64,000 nt of DNA, from NCBI GenBank assembly GCA_965223905.1, contig CBDCXV010000001.1, forward strand, positions 1,656,784 to 1,720,783. The letters are read 5' to 3'. Shown here one piece after another: positions 49,328 to 59,137 of the stretch. This DNA comes from Candidatus Latescibacterota bacterium. Lineage in GTDB: Bacteria > Latescibacterota > UBA2968 > UBA8231. Each line of letters starts with the position of its first letter. Position 1 is the first letter of the stretch. A program made the translations under genes and the position numbers. Below the pieces are notes generated by a model. That model saw only the letters and a list, made by a program, of their open reading frames with translations, did no database searches and had not been told where the DNA came from.

Positions 49328-50317
49328 CTACTCGTCCATCACCGCCTGTATCATCGCCCGGATGTAGCCGAACTCGTAGGCGAACGCCTGGCGGCCGGCG
49401 CCCGGCTCCTTGTGCCCCGGGGCGTGGTCGGGGACGCACATGTGCCGGTACCCCACCTCTTTCAGAGCCTGCATGTTGCGGTGCATGTTCATCACCCCCT
49501 CGTCGGGCCAGACCTCCTGAAACTTGCTGCGCCCGCCGACGATGTTGCGGAAGTGGCAGAGGAAGATCTTGTCGCGGCTTCCGAAGTAGCGGATGATCTC
49601 GGGCACCTCGTTGCAGGGATCGGTCGAGGCCTCGGCCATGCAGCCCAGGCAGAGGTTGACCCCGCAGTAGTCGCTCGGGACGATCTCGATGAAGCGCCTG
49701 AACCCCTCGGGGCCGCCCAGGACCCGGTCCACCCCCCGGTACCCGGGCGGCAGCCAGGGATCGCACGGGTGGCAGGCCATGCGCACCCGGCACTCCTCCG
49801 CCACCGGGACCACGCGCTCGAGGAAGTATGTGATCCGCTCCCAGTTCATCTCCGCGGTGACCGGCTTGTCGAAGCGCTGCCCGCGGTCCTTCGCCTGCTC
49901 GAGGTCCCAGGTGCTGTACACGGAGCTGCCGCGCCCGGGAGGGGTGCTCTCGGTGCGCTGGTTCTCCATCGCGCACAGGTAGTACTTGACGGCGGGGATG
50001 CCGGCCTCGGCGGCCTGGCGGAGCATGTTGCAGACCAGCTCGATCTCCCGGTCCCCCTCCTCGCGGTTGCCGAGCATGTAGTCGGGGACCTCGCCGCCCG
50101 AGGCATTGAGCTGGGCGATCGGGATCGCCACCATCTCCATGTCGATGCCGAAGCGGGCGCACTTCTCCTTCTTCTGCTTCAGCTCGGCGACGTCCCAGCC
50201 GTATTCCCGGTGGAAGGTGATGAAGTTCTCGTTCTTGTTGAACACCCCGTGGCGCGCGAGGTACTCGAGGTCTTCGTCCGAGGTGTTGAACTGCTGCGTC
50301 CCGACGTGCATCTGCAT
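49328..50317 (-). CDS. uxuA: mannonate dehydratase (UxuA) family protein
   Basis: WERITYFLERVVPVAEE..VRMACHPCDP, LCLGC, KIFLCHFRN, DEG..NM, PDHAP, FAYEFGYIRAM. Confidence 0.85.
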   Translation of the reverse strand: MQMHVGTQQFNTSDEDLEYLARHGVFNKNENFITFHREYGWDVAELKQKKEKCARFGIDMEMVAIPIAQLNASGGEVPDYMLGNREEGDREIELVCNMLRQAAEAGIPAVKYYLCAMENQRTESTPPGRGSSVYSTWDLEQAKDRGQRFDKPVTAEMNWERITYFLERVVPVAEECRVRMACHPCDPWLPPGYRGVDRVLGGPEGFRRFIEIVPSDYCGVNLCLGCMAEASTDPCNEVPEIIRYFGSRDKIFLCHFRNIVGGRSKFQEVWPDEGVMNMHRNMQALKEVGYRHMCVPDHAPGHKEPGAGRQAFAYEFGYIRAMIQAVMDE

Positions 50318-50337
50318 CCTCCTTTTCGATTGTCCGG

Positions 50338-51666
50338 TCACTCCCTGATTCTTCGCCGCCGCCGCACGGCCCGCTGCATCAGCTCCTTCATCGGGGTCTG
50401 CAGGTCGCGGCCAACGAGCCTCCTGCTCGCCAGCCAACCGGCCGCGAACAGCAGTTGCGTCCCTGCCAGGTACCAGTGCGTCGCTGCGACGGTACTCGAT
50501 TCGATCTCCAGCGTCGACAGCTGGGCGAACAGCAGCCCCCCGGCGAAGCCGCCGAGGCCGGAGGCCCAGGCAAGGACGAAGTTGGGCACCGCGAACCCCT
50601 CCCCCTGGAACCCCTGCGGCACCGCATCCATCATCGCCCGCGTCTGACCGAAGGTGTAGCCGGCGTGCAGCATCCCCCAGACCAGGAAATAGACCGCGGC
50701 CCACGCGGTCAGCGCCCCCGTCCGTGACGGCAGTATCAGCCAGGCCCCTCCGAGGGCGGCCATCAGCAGCAGCGACGCGGTCAACGCCGGCCGGCTGCCG
50801 TGCCTCTCGACCAGCCGCCCCCACAGGTACAGCGTCAGCAGCTCGCCGGCACCCATCAGCGAGAGCATCCAGACGTAGTAGTTAACCGGCAGGCCGCGCT
50901 CGGTCAGCGCTACCACCCAGAACGGCAAGGTCGCGGTCTCGACGAAGCAGGTGATGCCGAAACAGCCGCAGTAGCGGCGGATCGCCGGCTCCCGCAGGAC
51001 CTCGGCGAGCCGCTTCCAGAGCGCTTCCCGCGGGCGCGGCAGGGGCTTCTCCGGGACCCGCATCACTGCCCGGCTGCTGGCAACCACCAGAATCAGGGCG
51101 AGCGCGAAGGGCAGGGCGAAACGGCTGGGGTCCGGCTGCGTGCCGAGATACCAGCCGGCGAGCAGGGGCACGCCGAGGGTGCAGAGCCGCTGGGTCGCGC
51201 GCATGCGGGTGATGAAGGAGGCCAGCCCCGACTTCGGGGTGTTGTCCTGGACGAGGGGCCACCAGGCGCTGCCGCCGACCTGCACCATCGACTGGCGCAG
51301 GACCAGCAGCCCGAGGGCCGCCCAAGCGATTCCGGGGCCGGCGTGGAGCGCCAGCGGCACCAGCAGCAGCAGAAAGAAGCCGCTGGCGAGACGGGCCGTT
51401 CCCATCAGGCGCGCCTTGCCAAACCGCGGCATCAGCTTCACCCCTATCAGGCGGGAGGTGTTGCCGATACTGGTCGCCGTCGCCAGCAGCCCGATCAGGA
51501 AGGGGCCGGCTCCCAGCGCGAGCAGGAACAGCGGCCCGCTCTGCATCATGAAGGCGCCGACCGTCGACCCGGTGGCGAGGTACTGCAGCAAGCCCCGCTG
51601 CCCGCGCTCGCCGGCCTCGCGCGCCGCACGCTGCTCTTCCCTGGTTCCGGTCGTTCGCTGCGACAT
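50338..51666 (-). CDS. MFS transporter
   Basis: About 12 hydrophobic segments, LALGAGPFLIGLL, WGRLVERHGSRP motif A. Confidence 0.85.
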   Translation of the reverse strand: MSQRTTGTREEQRAAREAGERGQRGLLQYLATGSTVGAFMMQSGPLFLLALGAGPFLIGLLATATSIGNTSRLIGVKLMPRFGKARLMGTARLASGFFLLLLVPLALHAGPGIAWAALGLLVLRQSMVQVGGSAWWPLVQDNTPKSGLASFITRMRATQRLCTLGVPLLAGWYLGTQPDPSRFALPFALALILVVASSRAVMRVPEKPLPRPREALWKRLAEVLREPAIRRYCGCFGITCFVETATLPFWVVALTERGLPVNYYVWMLSLMGAGELLTLYLWGRLVERHGSRPALTASLLLMAALGGAWLILPSRTGALTAWAAVYFLVWGMLHAGYTFGQTRAMMDAVPQGFQGEGFAVPNFVLAWASGLGGFAGGLLFAQLSTLEIESSTVAATHWYLAGTQLLFAAGWLASRRLVGRDLQTPMKELMQRAVRRRRRIRE

Positions 51667-51884
51667 CAGTCCGCGGGCTGCGGTTCCTTTCCGGATCTAG
51701 CGCCTACACGCGCAATTCCGCGTTAATCCGGCCGCCCTCGTTCGTACGCTTACTTGCGCGCGCAGGGTACCAGGCGGCCCGGAGGAGGGTCCGTGGCATC
51801 ACCAACAGGCAGATTGCCGGGCGTTCTCGCGAGCAGCTTGAATCCTGGTCCTGGTGTTTCCACCCGTACGGATTCCGGCGCCGC

Positions 51885-53486
51885 TCAGGAGCTGCAGGAG
51901 AGCATCGAGCAGCCGGCGCGGTGCCGGGCCCACTCCGGCCGCTTCTGCGCGTACTCCGCCTCTCTTTCCGGCTGCTCGTCGTACGGCCTCCGCATCACCT
52001 CCAGAAGCTCTGCGACCTTGGCGAACTCCCCGGCCTGGGCCTCGTCGATGGCGAGCTGCGCCAGGTAGTTGCGCAGGACGTACCTGGGATTGACGGCGTT
52101 CATGCGCCGGCGCCTCTCCGCGGCGGGGAGGCAATCGCGGGCGCAGCGGCGCAGATAGCTGCGCAGCCACTCCGCGGTGCGATGGAGGGGGTCCCCGTAC
52201 AGCTTTTCACGCTCGTAACAGGCTGCGGAGACGCTGGCGATCAGCTCCTCGTCGGTCGCCTGGTCCGGGGAGGCGTCCAGGTCTGCGAGGCCGCGGAAGA
52301 ACAGGGTCATGTCGGTCTCGACCAGTTGCAGCACCGCCTCCAGCTCCTCGATCAGCCCGGGGTCGGTATCGGCATCGAAGGCGCTCAGCCCCAGCTTGCC
52401 GGCCATCATCTCCCGGTATTTCCCCTCGTACACCTGCGGGTAGGAGTCGAGCAGCTCCTGCAGCGGCTCCGCCTCGTCGAGCAGGGGCACCAGGGCGCGC
52501 GCCAGCTGCCCGAGGTTCCACCAGGCGATCTGCGGCTGGCCGCCGAACCGGTAGCGCCGGCCGCCGGCGTCGGTCGTGTTCGGGGTCCAGCCGGGGTCGT
52601 ACCCCTCGAGCCACCCGTACGGACCGTAATCGATGGTGAGGCCCAGGATCGACATGTTGTCGGTGTTCATGACGCCGTGGACGAACCCGACCCGCATCCA
52701 GTGGGCGATCATCTCCGCGGTGGTGCGGCAGACCTCCTCGAACATCTGCAGATAGGTTTCGGGCGAAGGGGCTCCGAGGTGGGGGAAGTCGGTGCGCACG
52801 GTGTAGTCGGCGAGCTGCTTCAGCACCGCGGTCTCGCCGCGGGAGGCGAAGATCTCGAAGTTGCCGAAGCGGGTGAACGAGGGGGAGACGCGGCAGACAA
52901 CGGCTCCCGGCTCGTTCTCCGGGTGGCCGTCGTAGAACATGTCGCGCACCACCTCCTCCCCGGTCGCCACCAGGCTCAGGGCCCGCGTCGTCGGCACCCC
53001 GAGGTGGTACATCGCCTCGCTGCAGAGGAACTCCCGGACCGACGAGCGCATCACCGCGAGGCCGTCGGCGCCGCGCGAGTACGGCGTCGGCCCGGCCCCT
53101 TTCAACTGCAGGACCCAGCGCCGGCCCCCCTCGCCGGTAACCTCCCCGAGGTTGATGGCGCGCCCGTCCCCGAGCTGGCCGGCCCAGGTGCCGAACTGGT
53201 GGCCGCCGTAGCACATCGCGAACGGGTCCATGCCCTCGGTGACGGCGTTGCCGGCGAAGACCCGGGCGAACCCATCCGAAGCGACGGAGCGGTCGGAAAG
53301 GCGGAGCTCGGCCGCCATCTCCCGGGAGTGGGCGACCAGCCGCGGCGCCCGCACCTGCACCGGCGTGACGCGGGAGTAGCAGGCCCCCGTCACCTGGCGG
53401 CGGTAGTTGGCCGGCTCCGGGTCGCCGGGAAGCTCGCGGGTGAAGCGGTTGTCGAAGGTCAGCTCGTCGAGGGTCATTCCGTTCAT
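51885..53486 (-). CDS. selO: protein adenylyltransferase SelO (YdiU family)
   Basis: YGGHQFG.WAGQLGDGRA, QLKGAGPTPYSR.ADG, REFLCSEAM, GFVHGVMNTDNMS...DYGPYG, C-terminal CSMLSCSS. Confidence 0.97.
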   Translation of the reverse strand: MNGMTLDELTFDNRFTRELPGDPEPANYRRQVTGACYSRVTPVQVRAPRLVAHSREMAAELRLSDRSVASDGFARVFAGNAVTEGMDPFAMCYGGHQFGTWAGQLGDGRAINLGEVTGEGGRRWVLQLKGAGPTPYSRGADGLAVMRSSVREFLCSEAMYHLGVPTTRALSLVATGEEVVRDMFYDGHPENEPGAVVCRVSPSFTRFGNFEIFASRGETAVLKQLADYTVRTDFPHLGAPSPETYLQMFEEVCRTTAEMIAHWMRVGFVHGVMNTDNMSILGLTIDYGPYGWLEGYDPGWTPNTTDAGGRRYRFGGQPQIAWWNLGQLARALVPLLDEAEPLQELLDSYPQVYEGKYREMMAGKLGLSAFDADTDPGLIEELEAVLQLVETDMTLFFRGLADLDASPDQATDEELIASVSAACYEREKLYGDPLHRTAEWLRSYLRRCARDCLPAAERRRRMNAVNPRYVLRNYLAQLAIDEAQAGEFAKVAELLEVMRRPYDEQPEREAEYAQKRPEWARHRAGCSMLSCSS

Positions 53487-53525
53487 CTGCCAGTCCGTGG
53501 TTTGGGTTTGCAAGGGCGGGGCACC

Positions 53526-54725
53526 TCATCCGGGGCGCCGAGGGATCGCCGGCAGCAGCCCGAGCAGCCCTGCGGCGAGCGACACCGCGGCCAGCAGGTA
53601 GAACACCGCTGCCAGGGACGACGCCTGCGCCAGGTACCCCGAGGCCACCGGGCCCGCCAGCATTCCGGCGGCGTAGATCGCCTGGTAGATCCCCATTCCG
53701 GTGGCGCGGTCCTCGGGGGCGACCGCCCGCAGGCTGAGGGAGATCAGCAGGGTGTTGACGATTCCGCGCGCCATCCCTCCCATCCCCTGCAGGGCCATCA
53801 GCAGCCACACCGAGGCGATCCCGGGAACGACAACCAGGCTGAGGCCGACGAGCCCGGAGGCGAGAAACAGGGCCGCGCGAATTCCGCAGCAACGGGCGAT
53901 CCGCGTCGCCGCCATGGTGCCGAGGAGCTGGCCGACCAGCATGGCCGTGGTGACGTACCCCACCTCGGCGTCGCTGGCGCCGATGCGCTCCGCGTACAGG
54001 GGCACGAACCCGAAGCTCCCCGCAAAGGTAACGAACTGCGCGAGAATGCCGATGGCCCCGGCGAGCAGCAGCAGGGGGATGCGCGCCACGCGCCGGAAGG
54101 TCGCGGCCGAGTACGAGCCGGAGCGGATCTGCCGGGGTTCGCGCGCCAGCAGCATCAGCACCGTGCCGCAGGCGCCGCAGGCCGCGGCGGTGTAGAAGGC
54201 CGCGTCGGCGCCGAAATACTCGGAGATCAGACCCCCGCTGAAGGTCGCCGCCAGCAGCCCCACCGAGTTGATCGTCATCACCCGGGCCATGGCGTGGCCG
54301 CTGCGGTCGGCGGCGTAGTACGAGGAGAACAGCACGCTGACCGCCACCCAGCCGGCGCCCCCGACCCCGACCAGGGTGCGGGCGGCGAACAGGGACCACG
54401 GACCGGGGGCAAGGGCGAGCCCGACGGCCCCGGCGGTGGCGCAGGCCAAGGCCGCGGCGGCGAACGGCTTGCGGCGCCCCAGGATATCGGCGGCCACCCC
54501 GATCGGGATGCGCAGAAGCAGCTGGGCGATGGCGTAGGAGGAGACCACGAGGCCGACCATCGACAGGCTGGCCCCGAGCTCCTCGGCGTGCAGGGGGAAC
54601 ACCGGAACGTAGATGTACAGCGACAGCCAGAAGGCGAAGGTCGCGGCGGCCACCAGGACCACCGACCTGCGGTCGAACGGGGCGCTGCCGGCCGCGGGCG
54701 CTTGCGCGGCGTCGCTTCCCGCCAC
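53526..54725 (-). CDS. MFS transporter
   Basis: GVAADILGRRK motif A, about 12 TM segments, RATGMGIYQAIYAAG. Confidence 0.9.
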   Translation of the reverse strand: MAGSDAAQAPAAGSAPFDRRSVVLVAAATFAFWLSLYIYVPVFPLHAEELGASLSMVGLVVSSYAIAQLLLRIPIGVAADILGRRKPFAAAALACATAGAVGLALAPGPWSLFAARTLVGVGGAGWVAVSVLFSSYYAADRSGHAMARVMTINSVGLLAATFSGGLISEYFGADAAFYTAAACGACGTVLMLLAREPRQIRSGSYSAATFRRVARIPLLLLAGAIGILAQFVTFAGSFGFVPLYAERIGASDAEVGYVTTAMLVGQLLGTMAATRIARCCGIRAALFLASGLVGLSLVVVPGIASVWLLMALQGMGGMARGIVNTLLISLSLRAVAPEDRATGMGIYQAIYAAGMLAGPVASGYLAQASSLAAVFYLLAAVSLAAGLLGLLPAIPRRPG

Positions 54726-54727
54726 CC

Positions 54728-55723
54728 TCAGAGGCCCGGGGGTTCGACCGCGACCTCGGTGCCGGAGGCCGAAGCGGCGCGGGCGGCGTCGGCGACCGCC
54801 TGCACCCAGTAGCCGCTCTCGGCGTCGCAGACCGGTTTCTCACCCGACTGCGCGGCCGCGGCGAAATCCTCGACCATCGGCAGGTCGATCAGCTTCTCCT
54901 GCAGGGGCTCCACGTCGATCCGTTCGGTCCCCTCCGGCAGCTCCAGGAGCAGGTGATCGGCATTGAGCTCCAGCGGGTCGATCAGGATCCTGCCGCGGTC
55001 CCCGTCGATCTGGGCGAAGTCGTGGCGCGGCGGCGAGGTCAGGATCGTCGAGTGCATGCCGATCCCGCCGTCTTCGAAGCGCACGATCAGGGCGTCGGTG
55101 TCGTCGACCGGCCAGTCGTGGTCGACCGTGCCGACCGCGGCGCTCACCGACCGCGGCCGGCCGCCGAAGTTCAGCAGCACCTCGATGCGGTGGGAGGCCA
55201 TCTCCATCATGGCGCCGCCGATGCCCGGCTCGATCCGCCAGTCCCCCGGTTGCGGGTCCCAGCGGCCGCTGTAATGGGTGCGGGCGAAAACCACCCGGCC
55301 GATGCGCCCCGCGGCGATCAGACGCTTGGCGGCGACCACCTGCGGGCAGGTGCGCCGGCGGTAGGCGACCGCCAGGGTAACGCCGTTGTCCCGGCAGGCG
55401 GCCATCATCTCCCGGCACTCGGCCGCGTCCCTCGCCATCGGCTTCTCGCAGAGCACGTGCTTTCCGTACTCCGCGGCGAGGCAGGTGTAGTCGCGATGGG
55501 TATCGGTCGGGGTCGAGACGATGACGGCCTGCACCCGTTCGTCGCGCACCAACTCGGCGGCCGAAGCATAGGCGCGCGGACTGCCGAAGCGGGCGGCGAA
55601 GGCCCGGGCTGCCGACAGGTCGCGCCGGCAGACGGCGGCCAGCTCGGTCCGTTGCGACGCCAGCAGAGACGGCCCGAACGAGTTCTCGGCTATGGAGCCG
55701 CAGCCGATGATTCCGAATCTCAC
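54728..55723 (-). CDS. Gfo/Idh/MocA family oxidoreductase
   Basis: FGIIGCGSIA, VIVSTP..H, GKHVLCEKPMA, GGAMMEMASHRI. GTG start with GGAG RBS. Confidence 0.92.
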   Translation of the reverse strand: MRFGIIGCGSIAENSFGPSLLASQRTELAAVCRRDLSAARAFAARFGSPRAYASAAELVRDERVQAVIVSTPTDTHRDYTCLAAEYGKHVLCEKPMARDAAECREMMAACRDNGVTLAVAYRRRTCPQVVAAKRLIAAGRIGRVVFARTHYSGRWDPQPGDWRIEPGIGGAMMEMASHRIEVLLNFGGRPRSVSAAVGTVDHDWPVDDTDALIVRFEDGGIGMHSTILTSPPRHDFAQIDGDRGRILIDPLELNADHLLLELPEGTERIDVEPLQEKLIDLPMVEDFAAAAQSGEKPVCDAESGYWVQAVADAARAASASGTEVAVEPPGL

Positions 55724-56508
55724 GGTGTTCTTGCTCCGGGATGGTGGGGGTCCATTTTCGGTATCGTCTCCATTTCTCTGAATCGAACAATCAAAGCGCA
55801 GTTGCACGCATGGTACGTTCGCTGCCGTGTGCTGGAAACTCAAACAAAAGGATGTTTGGTGCACAAATTCCGGAACCCTCTCCGGCAATTCGAGTCCTGC
55901 ACCCCCTCGACGACCCTGGTCTTCTTCATGGCAATGGCTGGATACCTGCAGCTGTCATGGGCCCAGTCCCTGGATCTCACTCCTCCCAGGCCGGAAGGAC
56001 CTGCGAAAATTCAAAGCTCCTTGTGGGACTTGGCTGCAACGGGACAGGCTGCGGCAAAACCAACTGATTCGGCCACGGAGGATACGGTCGTCGTCACCCT
56101 GGTCCCCTATCCCGGCACGGACTCCGCCTCCATCGACACCTCCTCCTTTACCGAGCTTGGCGTACAGGTCCTTGCCCGCTCCCGAAGCCTGATACGGGTT
56201 TCCGTCCCGGCGTCTTCCTTGCTTGCCGTCTCGGAGCTGCCCGGAGTCGGCTTTGTCCGCAGACCGCACCGCCCGCATTCCCTCGCGACCCTCAGCGAAG
56301 GGGCGGCGCGCATCGGCGCGGTGGCAAATCACCGGGCGGGTGTGAGTGGTCGAGGGACGAAAGTTGCCGTTATCGATGTCGGATTCAGGGGTGCGGACCG
56401 GTTACCCGAGGATATGCCTGAATCCTGGAGATATCGCGACTATACGGACGAAGGGATCTACGCCGGCGACGAGCATCCCAAGCACAGACATGGCACGGCC
56501 TGTGCGGA

Positions 56509-58180
56509 GTAACCGTTCAGTCCCCCTGCGGTAGTTTGAGCATGAGCATATTAAAGAAATACCTATGCGAGTTTTCGGGTTCGTCGGTATCTTCGGGATT
56601 GGTTGTGTGTTGCCGATTTTCTCCGGATACGGGCGACCCCCATGAAAAGACCCCCTCAGATTCCGATTTCCGACAGCGACTGGCAGCGCACCCCGACGGC
56701 GGTGCAAGTGCTGGTGGTCAGTTCGTCGGAACGGGTTGGGCAACTTGAGCAGGTCGTGGAGCAGCAGGCCGCACGGGTCGCGTCCCTGGAGGAAGAGTTG
56801 GCCCGCCGCAAGGGGCGATCCCGCCGCGGCGCCCGGGCCGCCTCGTCGAAATCGGGCGCTTCCTCGTCTCGCACCGAGGCCTCCCGACGCCGATCCTCGG
56901 GGCGCTCGCCGGGCGGGCAGCCCGGGCACGAAGGACACGGCCGCTCGTGGGTACCGGTGGAGCAGGTGGACGAACTGATCCCGGTCAAGCCGAGTACGTG
57001 CCACGGATGCGGGCACCCGTTGACGGGAGACGATCCCCATCCGCAGCGCCACCAGGAAGTCGTCATCCCGCCGCTGCGGGCCGAGGTCATCGAGTATCAG
57101 GTGCACACCCTGCGCTGCGCTCACTGCGACCGCCTGACCGCAGCCGGTTGGCCCGAGGGCGTATCGCGGCACACCTTCGGTCCCAGCGTGCAAGCCTGGG
57201 TGAGCCTGCTGGCCGGGGCCTACCGGCTGAGCAAGCGTAACATCCGGGCGCTGTTGTCCGACGCCTTCGGCCTCGAGGTGTCGCTGGGTACGGTCAGCCG
57301 GCTGGAACAGGAAGTGGCCGCGGCCTTGGCGGCTCCGGTCGAGGAGGCGCGCGCCTTCGTTCGCCGACAGGGCATCGTCAACGTCGACGAGACCGGCTGG
57401 CGGCAACGCCGCGCCAAGGCCTGGTTGTGGACGGCGGTGACCGAGGGCGTCACCGTATTCTCCATTTGCCCCAGCCGGGGACGCGACGGGGTCGATGAGA
57501 TGCTGGGTGCGGATAACCGGGCGGTGGTCGGTTCCGATCGCTATTCGGCCTACGCGCATCTGCCGCTGCGACGCCGGCAAGTCTGCTGGGCTCATCTGCG
57601 GCGCGCCTTCGAGGAGTTCGTGGCCCGGGGCGGAGAGGCCGAGCGCGTCGGTCACCACCTGTTGGACCGCAGCGAGCAGCTGTTTACCTGGTGGCATCAA
57701 GTCCGCGACGGTACCCTGTCCCGGGCCCGCTTCCAAGACCATATCGACGATTTGTGTCTGCGCTTTCGGTTTCATTTGTGCTATGGGCAGCGGTTCGCCG
57801 ACGCCAAGACGGCGGCCACCTGCGCCAATCTCCTCGACCTCGGGCCGGCCCTGTGGACCTTCGCACGCCGGTCCGGCGTCGAGCCGACCAACAACGAGGC
57901 CGAACGAGCCCTTCGCCATGGCGTGTTGTGGCGTCACACCAGCTTCGGCACCCACAGTGCCGAAGGCAGCCGTTTCGTAGAGCGCCTGCTCACGGTGCGC
58001 GATACCCTGCGCCAGCAACAGCGCAACGTCCTCGACTATCTCAGGATGGCCTGTCAGGCTGCCGTGTCTCAGCAGCCAGCGCCCTCGCTGCTGCCTTCAA
58101 CCCACTCCCCCATTCGTTAATATCAGCCCGCAACCATTCCGCCCCCCGGCCCCAACCTGCCAGGGGAACTGAACGGTTAC
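56509..58180 (+). mobile_element. complete IS66-family element (single-ORF, ISBst12-like)
   Basis: 20-bp terminal IRs GTAACCGTTCAGT(C/T)CCCCTG with 1 mismatch. 8-bp TSD TGTGCGGA at 56501-08 and 58181-88. Confidence 0.95.
56642..58120 (+). CDS. IS66 family transposase
   Basis: GGQPGHEG, CHGCG zinc finger, VDETGW, SDRYSAY, QVCWAHLRR, PTNNEAERALR. Confidence 0.95.
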   Translation: MKRPPQIPISDSDWQRTPTAVQVLVVSSSERVGQLEQVVEQQAARVASLEEELARRKGRSRRGARAASSKSGASSSRTEASRRRSSGRSPGGQPGHEGHGRSWVPVEQVDELIPVKPSTCHGCGHPLTGDDPHPQRHQEVVIPPLRAEVIEYQVHTLRCAHCDRLTAAGWPEGVSRHTFGPSVQAWVSLLAGAYRLSKRNIRALLSDAFGLEVSLGTVSRLEQEVAAALAAPVEEARAFVRRQGIVNVDETGWRQRRAKAWLWTAVTEGVTVFSICPSRGRDGVDEMLGADNRAVVGSDRYSAYAHLPLRRRQVCWAHLRRAFEEFVARGGEAERVGHHLLDRSEQLFTWWHQVRDGTLSRARFQDHIDDLCLRFRFHLCYGQRFADAKTAATCANLLDLGPALWTFARRSGVEPTNNEAERALRHGVLWRHTSFGTHSAEGSRFVERLLTVRDTLRQQQRNVLDYLRMACQAAVSQQPAPSLLPSTHSPIR

Positions 58181-59137
58181 TGTGCGGAAATAGTGTACGA
58201 TGTGGCTCCCGATGCCGGGCTATACCTGTTGAAGGTGGATGACCTCGTCGGCCTGGAGAATTCCAAGGATCTCTGCATCCGGGAAGGGATCGACATGGTC
58301 AGTCACTCCCTGAGCTGGCTGGGCACCGGTTTTGGCGACGGCCTCGGGTTGGCCTGTGACATTGTGAACGACGCCGCCGACAACGGCATCCTGTGGGTGA
58401 ATGCAGCCGGCAATTCCGCCGACAGCCATTACACCGGGCTCTGGTCGGACAGCGACTTCGACGGCTGGCACAACTTTGCCAATGAAAACGATGATGAGTT
58501 GTTGAACGTCCAGGCTACCGCAGGCGACTCGATACAGGTTATCCTGACCTGGGATGACTTTCCCACGACCGCGGAGGATTACAATTTGCACCTCTTTTTT
58601 ATCGACACACTCCGCAATTGCGATCAGGTCGACAAAAGCACTACGATTCAGAATGGACTCGGCAGCGACCCTGTCGAGTGGATCAACTACATAGTAGAAA
58701 GATCAGGAGAGTATGGAATCGCTGTCCGCAAACTGGACGGCGCCCGAGCCAAAAGTTTCAAAATATGGTCGTACAACCAGGAGTTTGAAGAGTATTCGGT
58801 TGCAAGGAACAGCATCGGAATCCCCGCGGACGCCAGAGGGGCCATGGCCGTAGGGGCCGTCTACCATGGATTCTGGAACCTCGGGCTGATTGAAGAGTAC
58901 AGTTCCCGAGGTCCCTCCACCGATGGACGAATCAAACCGGAACTTGCCGCTCCTACCGGAGTATCGACCGTTTCCTACGGCAGGACGAACATAAGGCAAG
59001 GAGGAGGGTATTTCGGGACCTCCGCGGCTGCGCCCCATGTCGCCGGGGCGGCTGCTCTTATCAAGTCGGCCAATCCATCGTTCTCGCGTACCGATTTATG
59101 GGACGCCCTGCTGGCAGCAACGGTTGATATAGGAAAC

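Noticed and set aside
51885-51910. SelO as a selenoprotein
   Set aside because: The C-terminus is CSMLSCSS with Cys codons, and the TGA falls at the normal end of the protein.
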